64,000 bases of DNA from Felis catus (taxonomy: Eukaryota). Positions 11,912-24,550 of this stretch are shown piece after piece; the first letter of the stretch is position 1; the number at the start of each line of letters is the position of its first letter. The stretch spans positions 179,430,001 through 179,494,000 of the forward strand of contig NC_058368.1 in NCBI RefSeq assembly GCF_018350175.1, written 5' to 3'. The notes under the pieces are model-generated. The model saw only the letters and a program-made list of their open reading frames with translations, was not told the DNA's origin and searched no databases. A program made the translations under genes and the position numbers.

Positions 11912-14096
11912 ACTTTGGTCCATTTTACAACCCAATAAAAACCCAAAGTATGGGAATCGCTGTAATAGGAGATTTCTATTTTCATTTTTATGTTTAAATT
12001 GTTCTTTATTAAAGTAATCTCTTAAATAGAGGCCATCACTAGTTCCTTAAAGCTTGGATTTTTGTTGTTGTTGTTGTTATTGTTGTTGTCATCCAAAAAT
12101 TGTCTAAGGATGGGATGGGGTGGGAATTTAGAGATAAACCCAAGACTGACATATTGAATCAGAAGTTGAGGATTGTTAAAATGTAATTGACAATACATAT
12201 GGAAAGTTAATTCTGGTTTACAAAAATTCTGCATATTCCTGGCTTTTCAGAGACTCATCTTCTGTATCAAATGTAGTGTGTCATTTTAAAATTGTGATGC
12301 TGATGCCTAAATGTGTGGCAATGATTCAGTATGTCTATAAAAACTAAAATGCCACAAGCCTCCATGTAAGTGGTCTGAACATCTCTTAGAATTAGTCATG
12401 AGATTGGAAGGCCCAGCATGGTTATAGTCTTGAATGGTCCAACAAATAAGTAGGTCACAGGTAGGATAGCTGAACTAATCATATAAAATAGGTCTCTAGA
12501 TTTTTTTAAATGTGAAAACTAATTCAGATGTACACACTTCAGCAGGAACAGCTTCTCATCATGAGAAGGAGGTTAGGCAAACATTAGACCTGATTATTAG
12601 ACAAGATTGACTCTGGATATCATCACTTAACCTTATCAGAGATCTTTAGACTTCTCAAGAGAGGTTGATTAATTATTGACAGGCAGGATATGAAGAAATC
12701 CTGCTGATTGTGGTTACCTAGTGACAGAAATAAAAGCTAAGGAATGACTTAACAAAGTCTGTCATATGACTTAAAGAAATAAAATGGATTCCAAGTGCAA
12801 TGAGGGTGGGGGAGAGATAGGACAACTGGAAGAACTTCCTACCAGGACCTTGAGGAGTTTTCAAGTTTAATTGTGATGTTATTTTCCCAGAGATCTTTTA
12901 GGTTTAAATGAAGTGACACATCTGGGATGGGTAGACATTTTCTCCTATGTGGGCAGGGGAGTATCTCTGAGCTGTATACCACTGTAATGATAGGGCTGGG
13001 AATTCTTTTTTCTGTCTTTTTCCATGGTCCTGTGAATACAGGAAATGATGACTTGGCTGTCTTCATCAGGGCTCTCTCTCAAGCTATGTTCATTGACTGA
13101 GTAAGTGCATTTAATGTGTAGACACATCATCCCTCACCTATACACAACCCAGGGTCAGTTTTAACTTCAGTGAATGATCTTTTCAAGATTAGGTCATTCA
13201 TAAATGGCATAGGTTTGTTTGGGACAGCCTAAATTGAGAAAAGTCCTTTGTATAGGGAAGTTGATTTTCTGTCCTTTCCCTCCACAATTCTACCTAAGTC
13301 TGGAAGGGAGAAAACTGCATCCTTCTTCCCATCTCCACTTATATATTCTATCCTTCCCAAAGAAGTGCTGGTAATTCAATTGATAGAATAAAGAGCATTC
13401 ACTGGGCCACCTGATGCTAGTGGGTGAGTTAGCAACATCAGGCCCCAGGTATAGTCTTCCTTCTCTTTCTGCCTCCTTATGCTACTCACAGAGGCCTTGC
13501 TCTTTTTGGACAGGCTGGTCATCCCTGGCCATACAGATTGTGGTGTTAATAAATTAGGGATCTTCTCTGCAGACCTAGCTATATCTATTAAAGGAGTAAG
13601 TAGACAAAGCCACATTTTCTAGCATCATCCACCAGCTATGTTCCAAATTGTGGGAAAGAAAAGGAATGGAAGGTAAGAAGGAAGTGACTTGGTGGTACTT
13701 TTCTACATTTCACCCACAGGTTTGCAGTTAGTTTCTTTGTAAATAAACCTTATTAAATGAGTGTGCCCCCTGGGGTCCTAACTGATAGAATAACCCTTGT
13801 ATAAATGTCAGTGTTAGAAGATTGATTTTTGTATATTATATCACTAATTACTTTTCAAAGGAGATCTATCTTCAGATTTGACTTTTCTTACATTAGTAGC
13901 TTCAGAATTCCTCACCTTTCTCTAACTATTACCTTTGGATTACTGAGTGGTAGACGTGCTATGTTGTTTTAGAGAAGTCAGTTTTCAGTGCCCCACCCCC
14001 TGACACACGACTTTGGAACCTCTTGGGGAAATAGATATAGAAGGCAGAGAGGAATCAAGATTTTACTTTTATTGCCTATTGAGAATAGACTTCTCC

Positions 14097-14249
14097 CTGG
14101 GCGCGGTGGCACATGCCTGTAGTCCCAGCTACTTGGGAGGCTGCGGCAGAAGGATAGCTTGAGCCCAGGAGTTCTGCGCTGCAGTGCGCTATGCCAATCG
14201 GGTGTCCACAGTAAGCTTGGCATCAATATGATGACCTCCCCGGAGAAGG
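14097..14249 (+). pseudogene. RN7SL: 3'-truncated, tailless 7SL (SRP RNA) retropseudogene, about nt 2-150
   Basis: Matches 7SL from 'gggcgcggtggc...cctgtagtcccagctact' into the S domain 'gtgcgctatgccaatcgggtgtcc...ggcatcaatatgatgacctccc'; flanking repeat gacttctccct at 14088-14098 and 14250-14260. Confidence 0.93.
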
Positions 14250-14594
14250 GACTTCTCCCTTTCCACCTGAAATTAATTATATGCCCACCCATATGTATGG
14301 AGGAGAAGCCCTGCTCAGGTGAGTTTACATTCCATGGGACTGTAGGAAAGCAAGGAACACTCATGTTCTGTGGGCAGGTCCCAGGGAGCCAAACCAGAAG
14401 GGGATGAGCCTCTGCAAGTTTTGCTCTGTTTTCTATTTCATGAGTCAGACCATTCCTTCCTCATTGGCAAAGGGCAGAGAGGGACTTAAGAGAAGAACCT
14501 GTTGTCTTTCAAGTATTTTGGAAAAATGAGGAGTTTCTATTTTATGGAACAAGGTAAGAATACTGGGAGCATTATACAAAAATAGTCATCTGTG

Positions 14595-14760
14595 GGTGGG
14601 AGGATGGGCTAAATGGGTGATGAGCATTAAGGAGGGTCTTGTTGGGATGAGCACTGGTTATTATATGTAAGTGATTCATCAGTACTCCTGAAATCAATGC
14701 TATACTATATGTTAACTAACTTGAATTTAAAAAAAAAAGAAAGAAAGAAAGAAGAAGAAA
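14595..14760 (+). mobile_element. Felid L1 3' end with A/GAAA tail
   Basis: 'gggctaaatgggtgatgagcattaaggaggg...tatgttaactaacttgaatttaaaaaaa'. Confidence 0.85.
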
Positions 14761-15124
14761 GTCTTCTAAAATCAAAACCTCCATCTGAGTTGACCATAGG
14801 TGGCAATGGTGTGACTTTCCTGATGTTTTAAAATGAAAGTTTCCTCCCCAGTCTGGTCCCCATATGATGGGGGAGAGAAGGGGAATGTATCATGCTCTGG
14901 GTTGCTATCATACTTCTATTCCTCAGGCACTTTTTGAATAAATTTAGTATTATTTTTCAGTAAGAATGAATGAATGAGATGCTCTTTAATTCAACAAACT
15001 TCGTTGAGTGTCTGTCATATGCTAGGTTCTAAACTAGATGGTGATACCCTATACTGAAGATGTTCACAGATCAATGGGAAAAATTGGTGTGTAAATATAA
15101 GGTGACCATAACAAATGATAAGAA

Positions 15125-15345
15125 TAATGGTAGCTCATACTTATGGAGTGTTGAATGTGCCAGATATTGATGTAAGCACTTTACATGTACTATATAATTT
15201 AATCCTCATACAAGCCTACAAGGTGCATAGTTTTATCATCTCTATTTCACAGATGAGGAACCTGAAGCACAGACTTATTAAGTAACTTGTCCATGGTAAC
15301 AGTAAATGACAGAGTTGGGATTTGAACTCAAGCAGTTTGACTAAT
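15125..15345 (-). mobile_element. MIR
   Basis: 'tttcacagatgaggaacctgaagcacagac...aagtaacttgtccatggtaac...gggatttgaactcaagcagtttgact'. Confidence 0.85.
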
Positions 15346-16359
15346 GTCCTGAACTGCTGATTCATATAAACCTGCTATGTTTGCTATGGGTAACTCTGGG
15401 TGTGCAGAGGAAGGGTCCCTAACCAGGACCACGGAGGTTCAAGAGATTCTATCAGGGGACCTCTGGGGTCACAACTTGTTTCTACAACCTTTGGGGGCAG
15501 CGGGAGCTTACCATGGAGAGGAGAGCTTCTGTTCATCCTAATGCAAGGTCCAGGGGAGTCAGAGTCTCCTCTGAGATCCACTTGGCTTTGTCTTCACATC
15601 TTTCCCTTCTAGAGATGGACTCAGGGACTGAACCAGAAGAACCAAGCTCCCCTTCCTTCAAAACACCCCCAGGGGTTAAGTCAATGTGTCTCTATTAGGA
15701 ATCCAGAAATGGATCCTCTCTTTTTGCCATCCTTTGTTACAAAGAACAGAGTTTCATGAGCAAATCTGGCTGCTTCCTGCCTAATGACAAACTTGTGAGC
15801 ATCTCTCTGCTGTAGTCAAATGTGACCATTGTGTGATTAAATCAGCTTATGCCATTGTAAGATCTTGGACATGCAGAGCACTCTGGAGAGTGTCTTATTG
15901 TTCCAGGACTTATTGCTTTGGAGACGGGTTGGGAATCCTATGAGGAATTCCATTCAAATTCCCCCATGGACTGCCGAGTAAATGCTCTCTGTGCCGACAC
16001 CCACAAAGTGACAGATGTGGTTAGCAACTGTGTAAAGTCTCTGTTTGCTCCCAACTCAGCTTCCTGGAATCCCTGCAGGCCAAGGCTGTTGATTATCTCC
16101 AGGACACACTTTCTGTTCTCACACTTTCCCTTAACACTGAGGTGAAGAGAGTAGGATTTGGAGTCTAGGAGCCAGGGCTTGAGCCCCTTTCCTCCACCTA
16201 TATTGACTGTTGGACCTTGTAAAACAACCCCATACGATTGGTGGGAGTGTCAGTGAGCATGGCAGGCTGTGTTCAGTATGTTGTCAGCTTCCAGTAAGCG
16301 ATGGCTAGTATTATTAATGTTACTGTTTTAGCTATTAAGTATTAAAAAATAAGTGTACA

Positions 16360-16579
16360 GGGGCGCCTGGGTGGCGCAGTCGGTTAAGCGTCCGACTTCA
16401 GCCAGGTCACGATCTCGCGGTCCGTGAGTTCGAGCCCCGCGTCAGGCTCTGGGCTGATGACTCAGAGCCTGGAGCCTGTTTCTGATTCTGTGTCTCCCTC
16501 TCTCTCTGCCCCTCCCCCGTTCATGCTCTGTCTCTCTCTGTCCCAAAAATAAATAAAAACGTTGAAAAAAAAATTTAAA
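16360..16579 (+). mobile_element. Young SINEC_Fc with intact CpGs
   Basis: 'ggggcgcctgggtggcgcagtcggttaagcgtccgacttcagccaggtcacgatctcgcgg'; perfect 16-bp TSD aaaaaataagtgtaca at 16344-16359 and 16580-16595. Confidence 0.97.
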
Positions 16580-17032
16580 AAAAAATAAGTGTACATAAAT
16601 ATCCTAAACCGAAGACACACCTTATCCTCTAGAATTCTCGGAAGCCTACCTTTCCCAGTCTCATTTTTTCATGGCTGTCATCATGGGACAGGTCATCAAG
16701 GACCAGGCTACCTGGGGCCCAGGTAGAAATTGATGTTCTTGATGCCAGCTCTATATCCCAAACATACTTCTTTTTATCTAGGAGCTTACCAAAATCATTC
16801 TTGGAGTTATTTTTAGTTGTATACAAAAGCTAAAGAAGATTCCTGTCTGATTTGTAAAGTAGCATTTCAGCTGCCACTGATCTGATCCTATGAGGTCTAG
16901 TTTTCTAGGACTGCATGAACCTATCTTTGCTTGCTCTATCCATGCCCAGTATGATTTTACACACCTGTATTTGGTTCTTTCCTCTAAGGAAGAATTTCTT
17001 CACAAGTACTGATGCCCATTTAAAGCATTCAC

Positions 17033-17240
17033 GAGACGCCTGGGTGGCTCAGTTGATTAAGTGTCCAACATGAGCTCAGGTCATGATCTCACGGTTCTTG
17101 AGTTTGAGCCCTGTGTTGGGCTCTGTGCTGACAGCTCACAGCCTGGAGCCTGCTTTGGATTCTGTGTCTCCCTCTCTCTCTCTGCCCCTCCCCTGCTTGT
17201 GTTCTGTCTCTCAAAAATAAATCAACATTAAAAAATTTTA
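17033..17240 (+). mobile_element. SINEC_Fc
   Basis: 'gcctgggtggctcagttgattaagtgtcc...ctcaggtcatgatctcacgg', CT tract and A-rich tail. Confidence 0.93.
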
Positions 17241-17723
17241 AAGAGCCATTCACACATCTCTCTCTTCTAATATCTTTGGTGTCCTATAAGAGGCAGAAAG
17301 ATTCTACAATTTTGGATTATCTTTCTTATGAATTTTAACTCCATTCTTGACTGGCTGCCTACATCCCAAAGGACAGGATAATTTAGTGGCCAAACATATA
17401 CTTCACTATGTAGTTTCCTTCAAGTACCAGCAATATGAATTCTCTAATCACACATCCTTATCTGTAAATAGGGATGATAATAATAATTTCTACTTTGTAA
17501 GGCTTTTATAGGATTTAAATGAAACAAAGACCTTGGTACAGCACCTCACTCACAGTAATCCTCAATAAATGGAATATTAGGATTAGCAATGCAAATTGGA
17601 ATTGGGATTAGTATTAGGATTAATATTAGTATTCCATGTCTTCACATATTCTATGCCTCTGTCTGGTTGGCCCTTACCCTGTGTTCTTTGTAGATACCAA
17701 ATCATCCTTCAAAATCCAATTTA

Positions 17724-18078
17724 TTTTTTTTCCTTTTCAGAATCTTTAATATTAATTAATATTAATTATTTTTAATGTGAAATTTATTGTCAGATTGGTT
17801 TCCATACAACACGCAGTGGTCATCCCAACAGGTGCCCTCCTCAATGCCCATCACCCACCCTGCCCTCCCTCCCACCCCCCATCAACCCTCAGTTTATTCT
17901 CAGTTTTTAAGAGTCTCTTATGGTTTGGCTCTCTCCCTCTCTAACTTTTTTTTTCCTTCCCCTCCCCCATGGTCTTCTGTTAAGTTTCTCAGGATCCACA
18001 TAAGAGTGAAAACATATGGTATCTGTCTTTCTCTGTATGACTTATCTCACTTAGTATAACACTCTCCAGTTCCATCCC
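17724..18078 (-). mobile_element. 5'-truncated felid L1 3' end with extra 3' sequence, inserted in an L2-like remnant
   Basis: Felid L1 3'UTR at about 17770-18078; TSD aaatccaattta at 17712-17723 and 18079-18090. Confidence 0.9.
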
Positions 18079-19443
18079 AAATCCAATTTAGATGCTGTTT
18101 CTTCTAGGAACTTCCTTACTCTCCCAGGTAGAATTTATCCATTCCCTTTTAATCTTCCTCCATTGTAATACTGATGTCTCAAGATGGCATTCATGTATTA
18201 ATGTGGACTTTCTCCAGCTAGTCTGCTTCCTGAGAGAGGGCACCGAGTCTAGGTCATGTCAGCACGACCCGTCAGAAAATCTGTTAGAACTGTTCTTTCT
18301 TAAGTGCTCTATAATTTGAAAAGAACTGTAGAGGCTGCTCAGGAGATAAACAGACCCAGAAGTGCCCAGAGATCTAATGACTATAAGAAAATCAAGATGG
18401 AACCCTCCAACCCAGCTGCATTGTGCAACTTCCAGATAGTGTTTCTTTTCACAGGAGCTAGGCCAACTGTACCAGTGTTGGGACCCAACAAGGAAGTTTC
18501 CAAAAGTTACACCAAGTCTCTGCCTGCTCTGAGAGACAGGACCTAGTGAGTGACTGCCTTGTCATGCTGTTAGATGCAGTGAAGACACCAACCAGGGCAC
18601 ATGATGGAGTGTGGAATGGAGGCACATCACTCTTAAGTTGTTGGCATTGCTTTATTTATTTGCTTTGTAAGAAGGCGAGTTGTGTGCTTCATGGCAGTCT
18701 CACTCCTCTTTTATTCATGAAGGGCTTCTTTCTTCTTGGTATTTATTGCTGTGAGTCACTTCTCTGTGTGCCAGATGGAAGATGCAGAAGGCTCAGGCTC
18801 CTGTGAAGAAACATGAAGTTTGGTGGGGGGGAGGCGGGGTTTCAGGCTGAGAGTGGGGGAGGGAAAGAGAGCTAGGATGGGGACATGCAGATTTGTTTTT
18901 AGATGGAATCATGTTCCCAGTCTCCTCCCTCTAATCCCACAGAATTTGATCAATTCTCTAGAGATGGTTATTTGCATGTGTTTTTTTCTTGCTCTTTGAG
19001 CCCATCTGCACATTGCAGAAAAATTTAATCCTTATGGGCTCATTCATTAAACTCATTAAGCTGTTGTTTAATGAGAACAATTTTGTGACTGTGAATCCTT
19101 CAAAGTTGACTTCTAGCAGCTATGATTTCCTGTCTGTGAAGAACTTGGGCACTCAGGTCTGAAATGGTTGTTCCTCAGGCATCTTGTTCCAGAAATTAGA
19201 CCTCTCTATTCCAGAGAGGGCTGGAGAGGCTGTGTCTCCTGATTACCAGGTACAGCACTGGCACCATATCTGGCCTTCTAGGTCAGGATGACCACATATA
19301 TCTAGACCTGAAAGATTTTAGAATCTAAAAAGCCAGGGTCTTTTGGATTTATGACAAGTTACATAACTTCTGTGAAGCTTGCTGCACTAATTGGGCTGAA
19401 CATGATTTCCTCCTTGGTTTGATTTTCTTTCTACCTTTATCTT

Positions 19444-19476
19444 CAATTTTAGTATATGTGCTGCCGAAGCAAACAC
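19444..19476 (-). pseudogene. RNU6: Tailless U6 snRNA 5' fragment (about nt 1-33)
   Basis: Reverse complement reads GTGTTTGCTTCGGCAGCACATATACTAAAATTG, matching the U6 5' end; flanked by tctacctttatcttcaa at 19430-19446 and 19477-19493. Confidence 0.88.
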
Positions 19477-19519
19477 TCTACCTTTATCTTCAAATTTAGT
19501 AGAAATACAAAAGTATTTC

Positions 19520-20800
19520 CAAAGTGTACCAAATTATAATTCTATCAGTGTATGAGAATCCCATTACTTTCCATCCTTACCAACACTCGATATTATCCAT
19601 CCTTTGAAGTTTCAGCCATTAGACTAGGTGCATGATAATATTTTATTTTGGTTTTAATTTTCCTTTTCTTGATTATTGACAGATTTTGTACCTTTATTTA
19701 TGCTTATGAATTATTGGATTTTCTCCCTTCTGAAGCACCTGTTAGAGTCTTTGCTCCATTTTCCTTTTATTAAAACTTTTCTTTCTTTGCCTGTTTTTCT
19801 GCTGGATTGTCCATAATAATTTTATCAACTTATAAGAATTCTTTATATCTTCTGAATATGAGCCCCTTTGGGGTTATATGTTTTGCTACTATCTATTCAC
19901 ACTCTGTGGTATGCCTTTTTATTTGCTTACTAATACATTTTGAAGATATGAAGATCTTAATTTGAATGTGGTCAAATTGATCAATGTCATGCTTTTTACA
20001 TCATAGTTAGGAACTTTTGTCTTCAAACTAAAGTCATAAAGATAGTCTTCTCTATTATAATCTAAAATGTTATTGTTTTCTTCTCATATTTAAGTCTGTA
20101 ATCCACCTAGAATTGTTTTCTTTTTTTTGTTGTTGTTTATGGTGTTAAGATAGTAGTCAAATTTATTTTTTTCCCATGTGCACACATAATTATCCCAGCA
20201 CTGTTTATTAAAAAGACCATCCTTACCTTACTTCTCTACAGTGACATTTTAGGATAAATCAAATGTCCCTTTATTGTGTAGATGTGCTTCTATTGTGCAT
20301 TATTGATGTATTTGTCTAAACTAATACTAATAAAATATTGTTTTAATTATTATAACTTTATAATAAGTCTTGATATCTAGTACAGCAAGTCTCCCCACCT
20401 TGTTTTCTCTATTTAAATCGTCTTTGCTATTCTTATATGTTGACATTTCTATTTTGAAATCATATTGCAAAATTCCACAGAAAAAAATTTGGGATTGATT
20501 TGAAAGCAGAATCAATCTGGAAAGTATTGAATACTTTGCAATAATGAGTCTTCTACTTTACAATCAAGATATATCTGTCTGTTTAGGACTTTTAAAATTT
20601 TATCATTATATTCTATTATACTCTAGTAGGAAGTTTTTCACAGATTTTGTTAGATTAATTCCTAGGAATCTGATATTTTGAATCTATTATGAATGGTTTC
20701 TGTTCATAAAATTTATTTTCAAACTGCCACTTGAATTTAGAAATGCAGTTGATTTTTGTATCACCTTTGTTAACTTTGCTTAGTCATTTCATTCAGATTA
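19520..20800 (-). mobile_element. Ancient L1 (L1M-type) ORF2 3' region, decayed
   Basis: ORF 20327-20515 'ENKVGRLAVLDIKTYYKVIIIKT' is similar to L1 ORF2; continuous L1-like T-rich sequence. Confidence 0.8.
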
Positions 20801-20849
20801 TTTCCCATATTGAACATTTTAATTGCTCCTTGTTCCTTCCTGCACCTCA

Positions 20850-23800
20850 CTTTCCTTCTGTCTTAAGAGCACCCTTTAGTATTTAGTATTTCCTATAGTG
20901 CAGATCCACTGGCAGCGAATTCTATCACTTTTCATGGTCTGAAAATGACTGTATTTAATCTTTTTTTTTCCAGTTTGTTTGAATTGGAATTCTAATAAAA
21001 TCTATATACATGGTAACTTCTTAATAATATTTTAAATTATTTTCACCTGTAGTTTCTCTTCATGTCTTCTTTTTTATTGCATTTTAATTTTTGAAGCTAT
21101 CGTGATTTGTCCTGTAGAATTTCTCCATAAACTTAGTTTTGCTGATAGCATCCCTGAAGGGTTGCTTAACATGTCCCTCTCTGCCTCTATTTCTCACAAC
21201 TTAGTAGTTAATGGATTTATTGCATGCATATTCATTTGGCAAGACTATTCAGATATGCTATTGAATCCTTTCATCAGGAGGCACATGATACTGATTGCTT
21301 TTTTTTTTTCCTGATGAGAGCGGTTATCCATCAAGTGTAATTATATTATGTCAATAACTCTCACATTATGTTAGAAAACTCACTTTGGTTGTCTGAAGCC
21401 TTTCATCTAATACTTTCTTCCACACGTGCTAATGAGAATAATAGTCCTAATGTTCATGGTTTGTTTGGGCCTTTATTCTTAAAATACAGTGTGAATGACT
21501 AAATGATCAGCCCACATTTCCCTACATAGGAATTTTAAACATGTTACATCATTGTCCTCTGGCATAATGTATAGCTATTAAAAAATCAGATAACTATAGG
21601 ATTTTTTTTCTTATAAGTGACTTGGTAATTTCGTCTGTATAGCCAAAAGATTTTTTTTCCATTTCTATAAAGTTCTACTGTGTTTTTTCTAGAATGTGTT
21701 TGGTGTTGGTTGTTCTGGTTTGATTTTCCCAGCCAAGAGATGAATCGTTTCAATATGTACTTTCATGTCATTTCTTTTCAAATTCCACAAATTTTTCTTT
21801 TATTGTAATTCAATATTTTCTCCATTGCTTTATTTTTTAGAGACTTCAACTATGCATTCAGAGATCTTTGCCTACCTTCTTTATCTTGTATTGTCTCTCA
21901 GTTAATTTCAGTCTCTTCATTTCAGTTTTTTATTCTTTCCATTTCACTTTCCAAGTCATAATTTATTTTGTTTATTCCTATGCTACTTCTAGTTTAATCT
22001 TCATTTCTGAAATACATTTGTTTCCTTTTCTTTCTCTTTCTTTCCTGAATTCCGTCACTTCATTTCTAAGTTTTTAAATTTCTGATGTATATTATCTTTT
22101 TATATCTTTGTCAATTTTCTTGATCTCTCTTAGCTTGGTTTGATATATAACTTTGCAATCTTTAGGTGTGGGTTAAAATCTTTATCTTTATTTCTGGTGT
22201 AGTTTCCATGTCTGTGGGATGTTATTATGCTCCTCATTTTCTTTTTTCTCATCGTATCTTCCAATGGGTAATGCACAAAGGTCTTTTCAGTTTCTTTTTT
22301 TTTTTTACACATAAAGTTAGTGTTATTGGACTTCCAGAAATGAGGGTGAATAGTTTTTCTAGCTTTGCTACTCAAGAATTTGTCCTTCTATTATTTTTGT
22401 AAAGTGTTTAAAAATATGGCATCATATTTTATGAGACCTCCTGGCATTTTCCCCCTTCTCCACTTTTATCTGGCTCTTTTCTTTTCTTTGCCCCTATTGA
22501 CACTGCCTTACTCAATTTTTAACTCTTTTTCTAGCCCTTTTCCTACAGTGGAGGGTTTTATACTGAAAGGAAACTTGAGTGGTTAGTTTTGAGAATTGGT
22601 AAGGCCCTGGCTGCTTCAGCCATTCACACCTTCCTACAGATCCCTTGCCCTCAATTGTAAACTGCAATGTAAAAAAAAAATCCCTCCCAGTTTTGGCTCC
22701 TCAGTCTCAATTTGGACTCTTAATGCTTTTCAGAGAATAACTGTCAAGGATTTTATAGTTCTTATTTCAGGACAGTAAATGCCCTGTTGTTTCCCTCTGC
22801 TGCCATTCATATACATGCTGACAGTATTAATGTCCAGTAGCTGCTGTCCAATGATTCATCTAAATCATGTATGTTTGGATAGGTGGAGATACCTTAATCT
22901 CTATTTCTCTTATAGATATTATTCTTGGTCTCTTATTTTTTCAATCTTAGTTGCTCTGAATATTTTTATGGGGTGATTCAGAGAGACTAAAAAACAACCA
23001 TTTCTCATCTTTATTATTGAAGAATATTTTTTTGCATCAATTGTTTTCTTAAAGCAAATAAAATGCTGTCATTCCACTCTCTGCTGGCTTTCCCTGCTGA
23101 TGTGGAAAGTCAGCTGTCACTCTCATTGTTACTCCTTTGAAGGTTATCTGCATTTTCCTTTAGCTACTTTAAAAAATATTTTCTTTAAAAAAATTCTATA
23201 TGGTATTTTTAGGTGTAGGTATATTTTTATGTTATGCTTGTTATTTATTAGGTTACCTCAAATAGGTAGATCAGTACTTTCAACAATGTTGGGCCATTCC
23301 CAGTCATCATCCCTTCTTCCATCTTCTCTTTTCTCCTTCTGGTTCTCCAGTTACAGGTATATTAGACCTTCTCATTGTATCCTTTGGGATCCTACTTACT
23401 CTACTCTGTTTTTATATACATTTTTCTCCCTGTGATACTTCCTGAATAATTTCTTCTGACCTCTCTTCTAGTCTTATTTTCTTTAGATCTATTTAATAAA
23501 CTACTGAATCTAACCAATGTGTTCCTTTTTTAATTCTAGAATTTCTAGTTATTTTCTAAATCTGCAAAGCTAGATTTAATAATTTCTAGTTCTTTGCTGA
23601 ATATACTAAGTTCAACTTTTATATAGGTGAGAATAGTAAGCTAATTCTTTTCATAACTTATGCCTAGAATTTCCACTATTTGGAGCATTTATCTATTTAA
23701 GTTTTTTTACTAGTTTCCTTTTATGTTGTCTGGTCTCCTATTAGTCCGGTTATCATTGTATACTGGCTATTGTGTATGAAAATTAATTTTTGAAAATAAT

Positions 23801-24550
23801 TTTATGGCTATTCTGTTCCTATCTTTGTCAAGACAGGGTTCTCATTTGCTTTTTGTAGATACCTGGGGTCACTAGCATCATAGGATCATCTGAATCCAAT
23901 TTCAGGGCTTGAAATTTTTCTTGGCCATCCAGGTGAATTAAAATTATTTCATATGACTGTGATTTCTGCATTAGTTCTTCCAGGTTCTAGTCCTTAATGT
24001 AGCATGTTTTCTTAGGACCCCTAAGTTTGGCAAGCCTGGGATTTCAACTTTTATTTCCCTAAACCTGTATGATGCTGTGAAAAGTATTGCTCAGCCTCTT
24101 ATCTACTTCTACTGCATTAGTATATATAATATACTAATACTATAGTGTATATATACATATATATACACTATAGTGTATATATATAGTATATATATATAGT
24201 ATTAGTATATTAGTATATATACTATTAATAATTAGTATTAGTAATTAAGTAATTAGTATATATACTATTAGTAATTAGTATTAGTAATTAAGTAATTAGT
24301 ATATATACTATTAGTAATTAGTATATATATGATATATATAAAATATATATTAGTAATATTAGTAAATGTCCTCTGGGATAAAGTGGAACCAAATGTAGTC
24401 TCCCTTTTCCTGATGTTTGTTTTACTCCATATCTTTGCTTAGTAATTCCACTCTCTAACTTGATTCCTCTTTAATGCTTTTAGAGGAATATGGTTTACAT
24501 ATTTCTTCTAAAATTTTTAAAATTGCCTTCAGCAAGAATATCAGCTTGAG
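20850..24550 (-). mobile_element. Mosaic of ancient L1 (L1M/ME-like) 5'/ORF1/3' remnants
   Basis: T-rich strand with L1M-like motifs such as 'gaaagtcagctgtcactctcattgttactcctttgaagg'; internal boundaries not resolved. Confidence 0.5.
24118..24365. repeat. AT-rich palindromic and 43-bp tandem array
   Basis: 28-bp perfect palindrome at 24157-24184; units begin at 24209, 24252 and 24295. Confidence 0.9.

Noticed and set aside
14097..14180. Alu-like sequence suggesting primate contamination
   Set aside because: It continues into the 7SL S domain that Alu lacks and has flanking direct repeats within felid DNA.
16360..16445. tRNA gene
   Set aside because: It is the tRNA-derived head of a Can-SINE, continuous with the SINE body, tail and TSD.
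24209..24330. Regular repeats as a CRISPR-like array
   Set aside because: The units are contiguous with no unique spacers, the context is mammalian and there are no cas genes.
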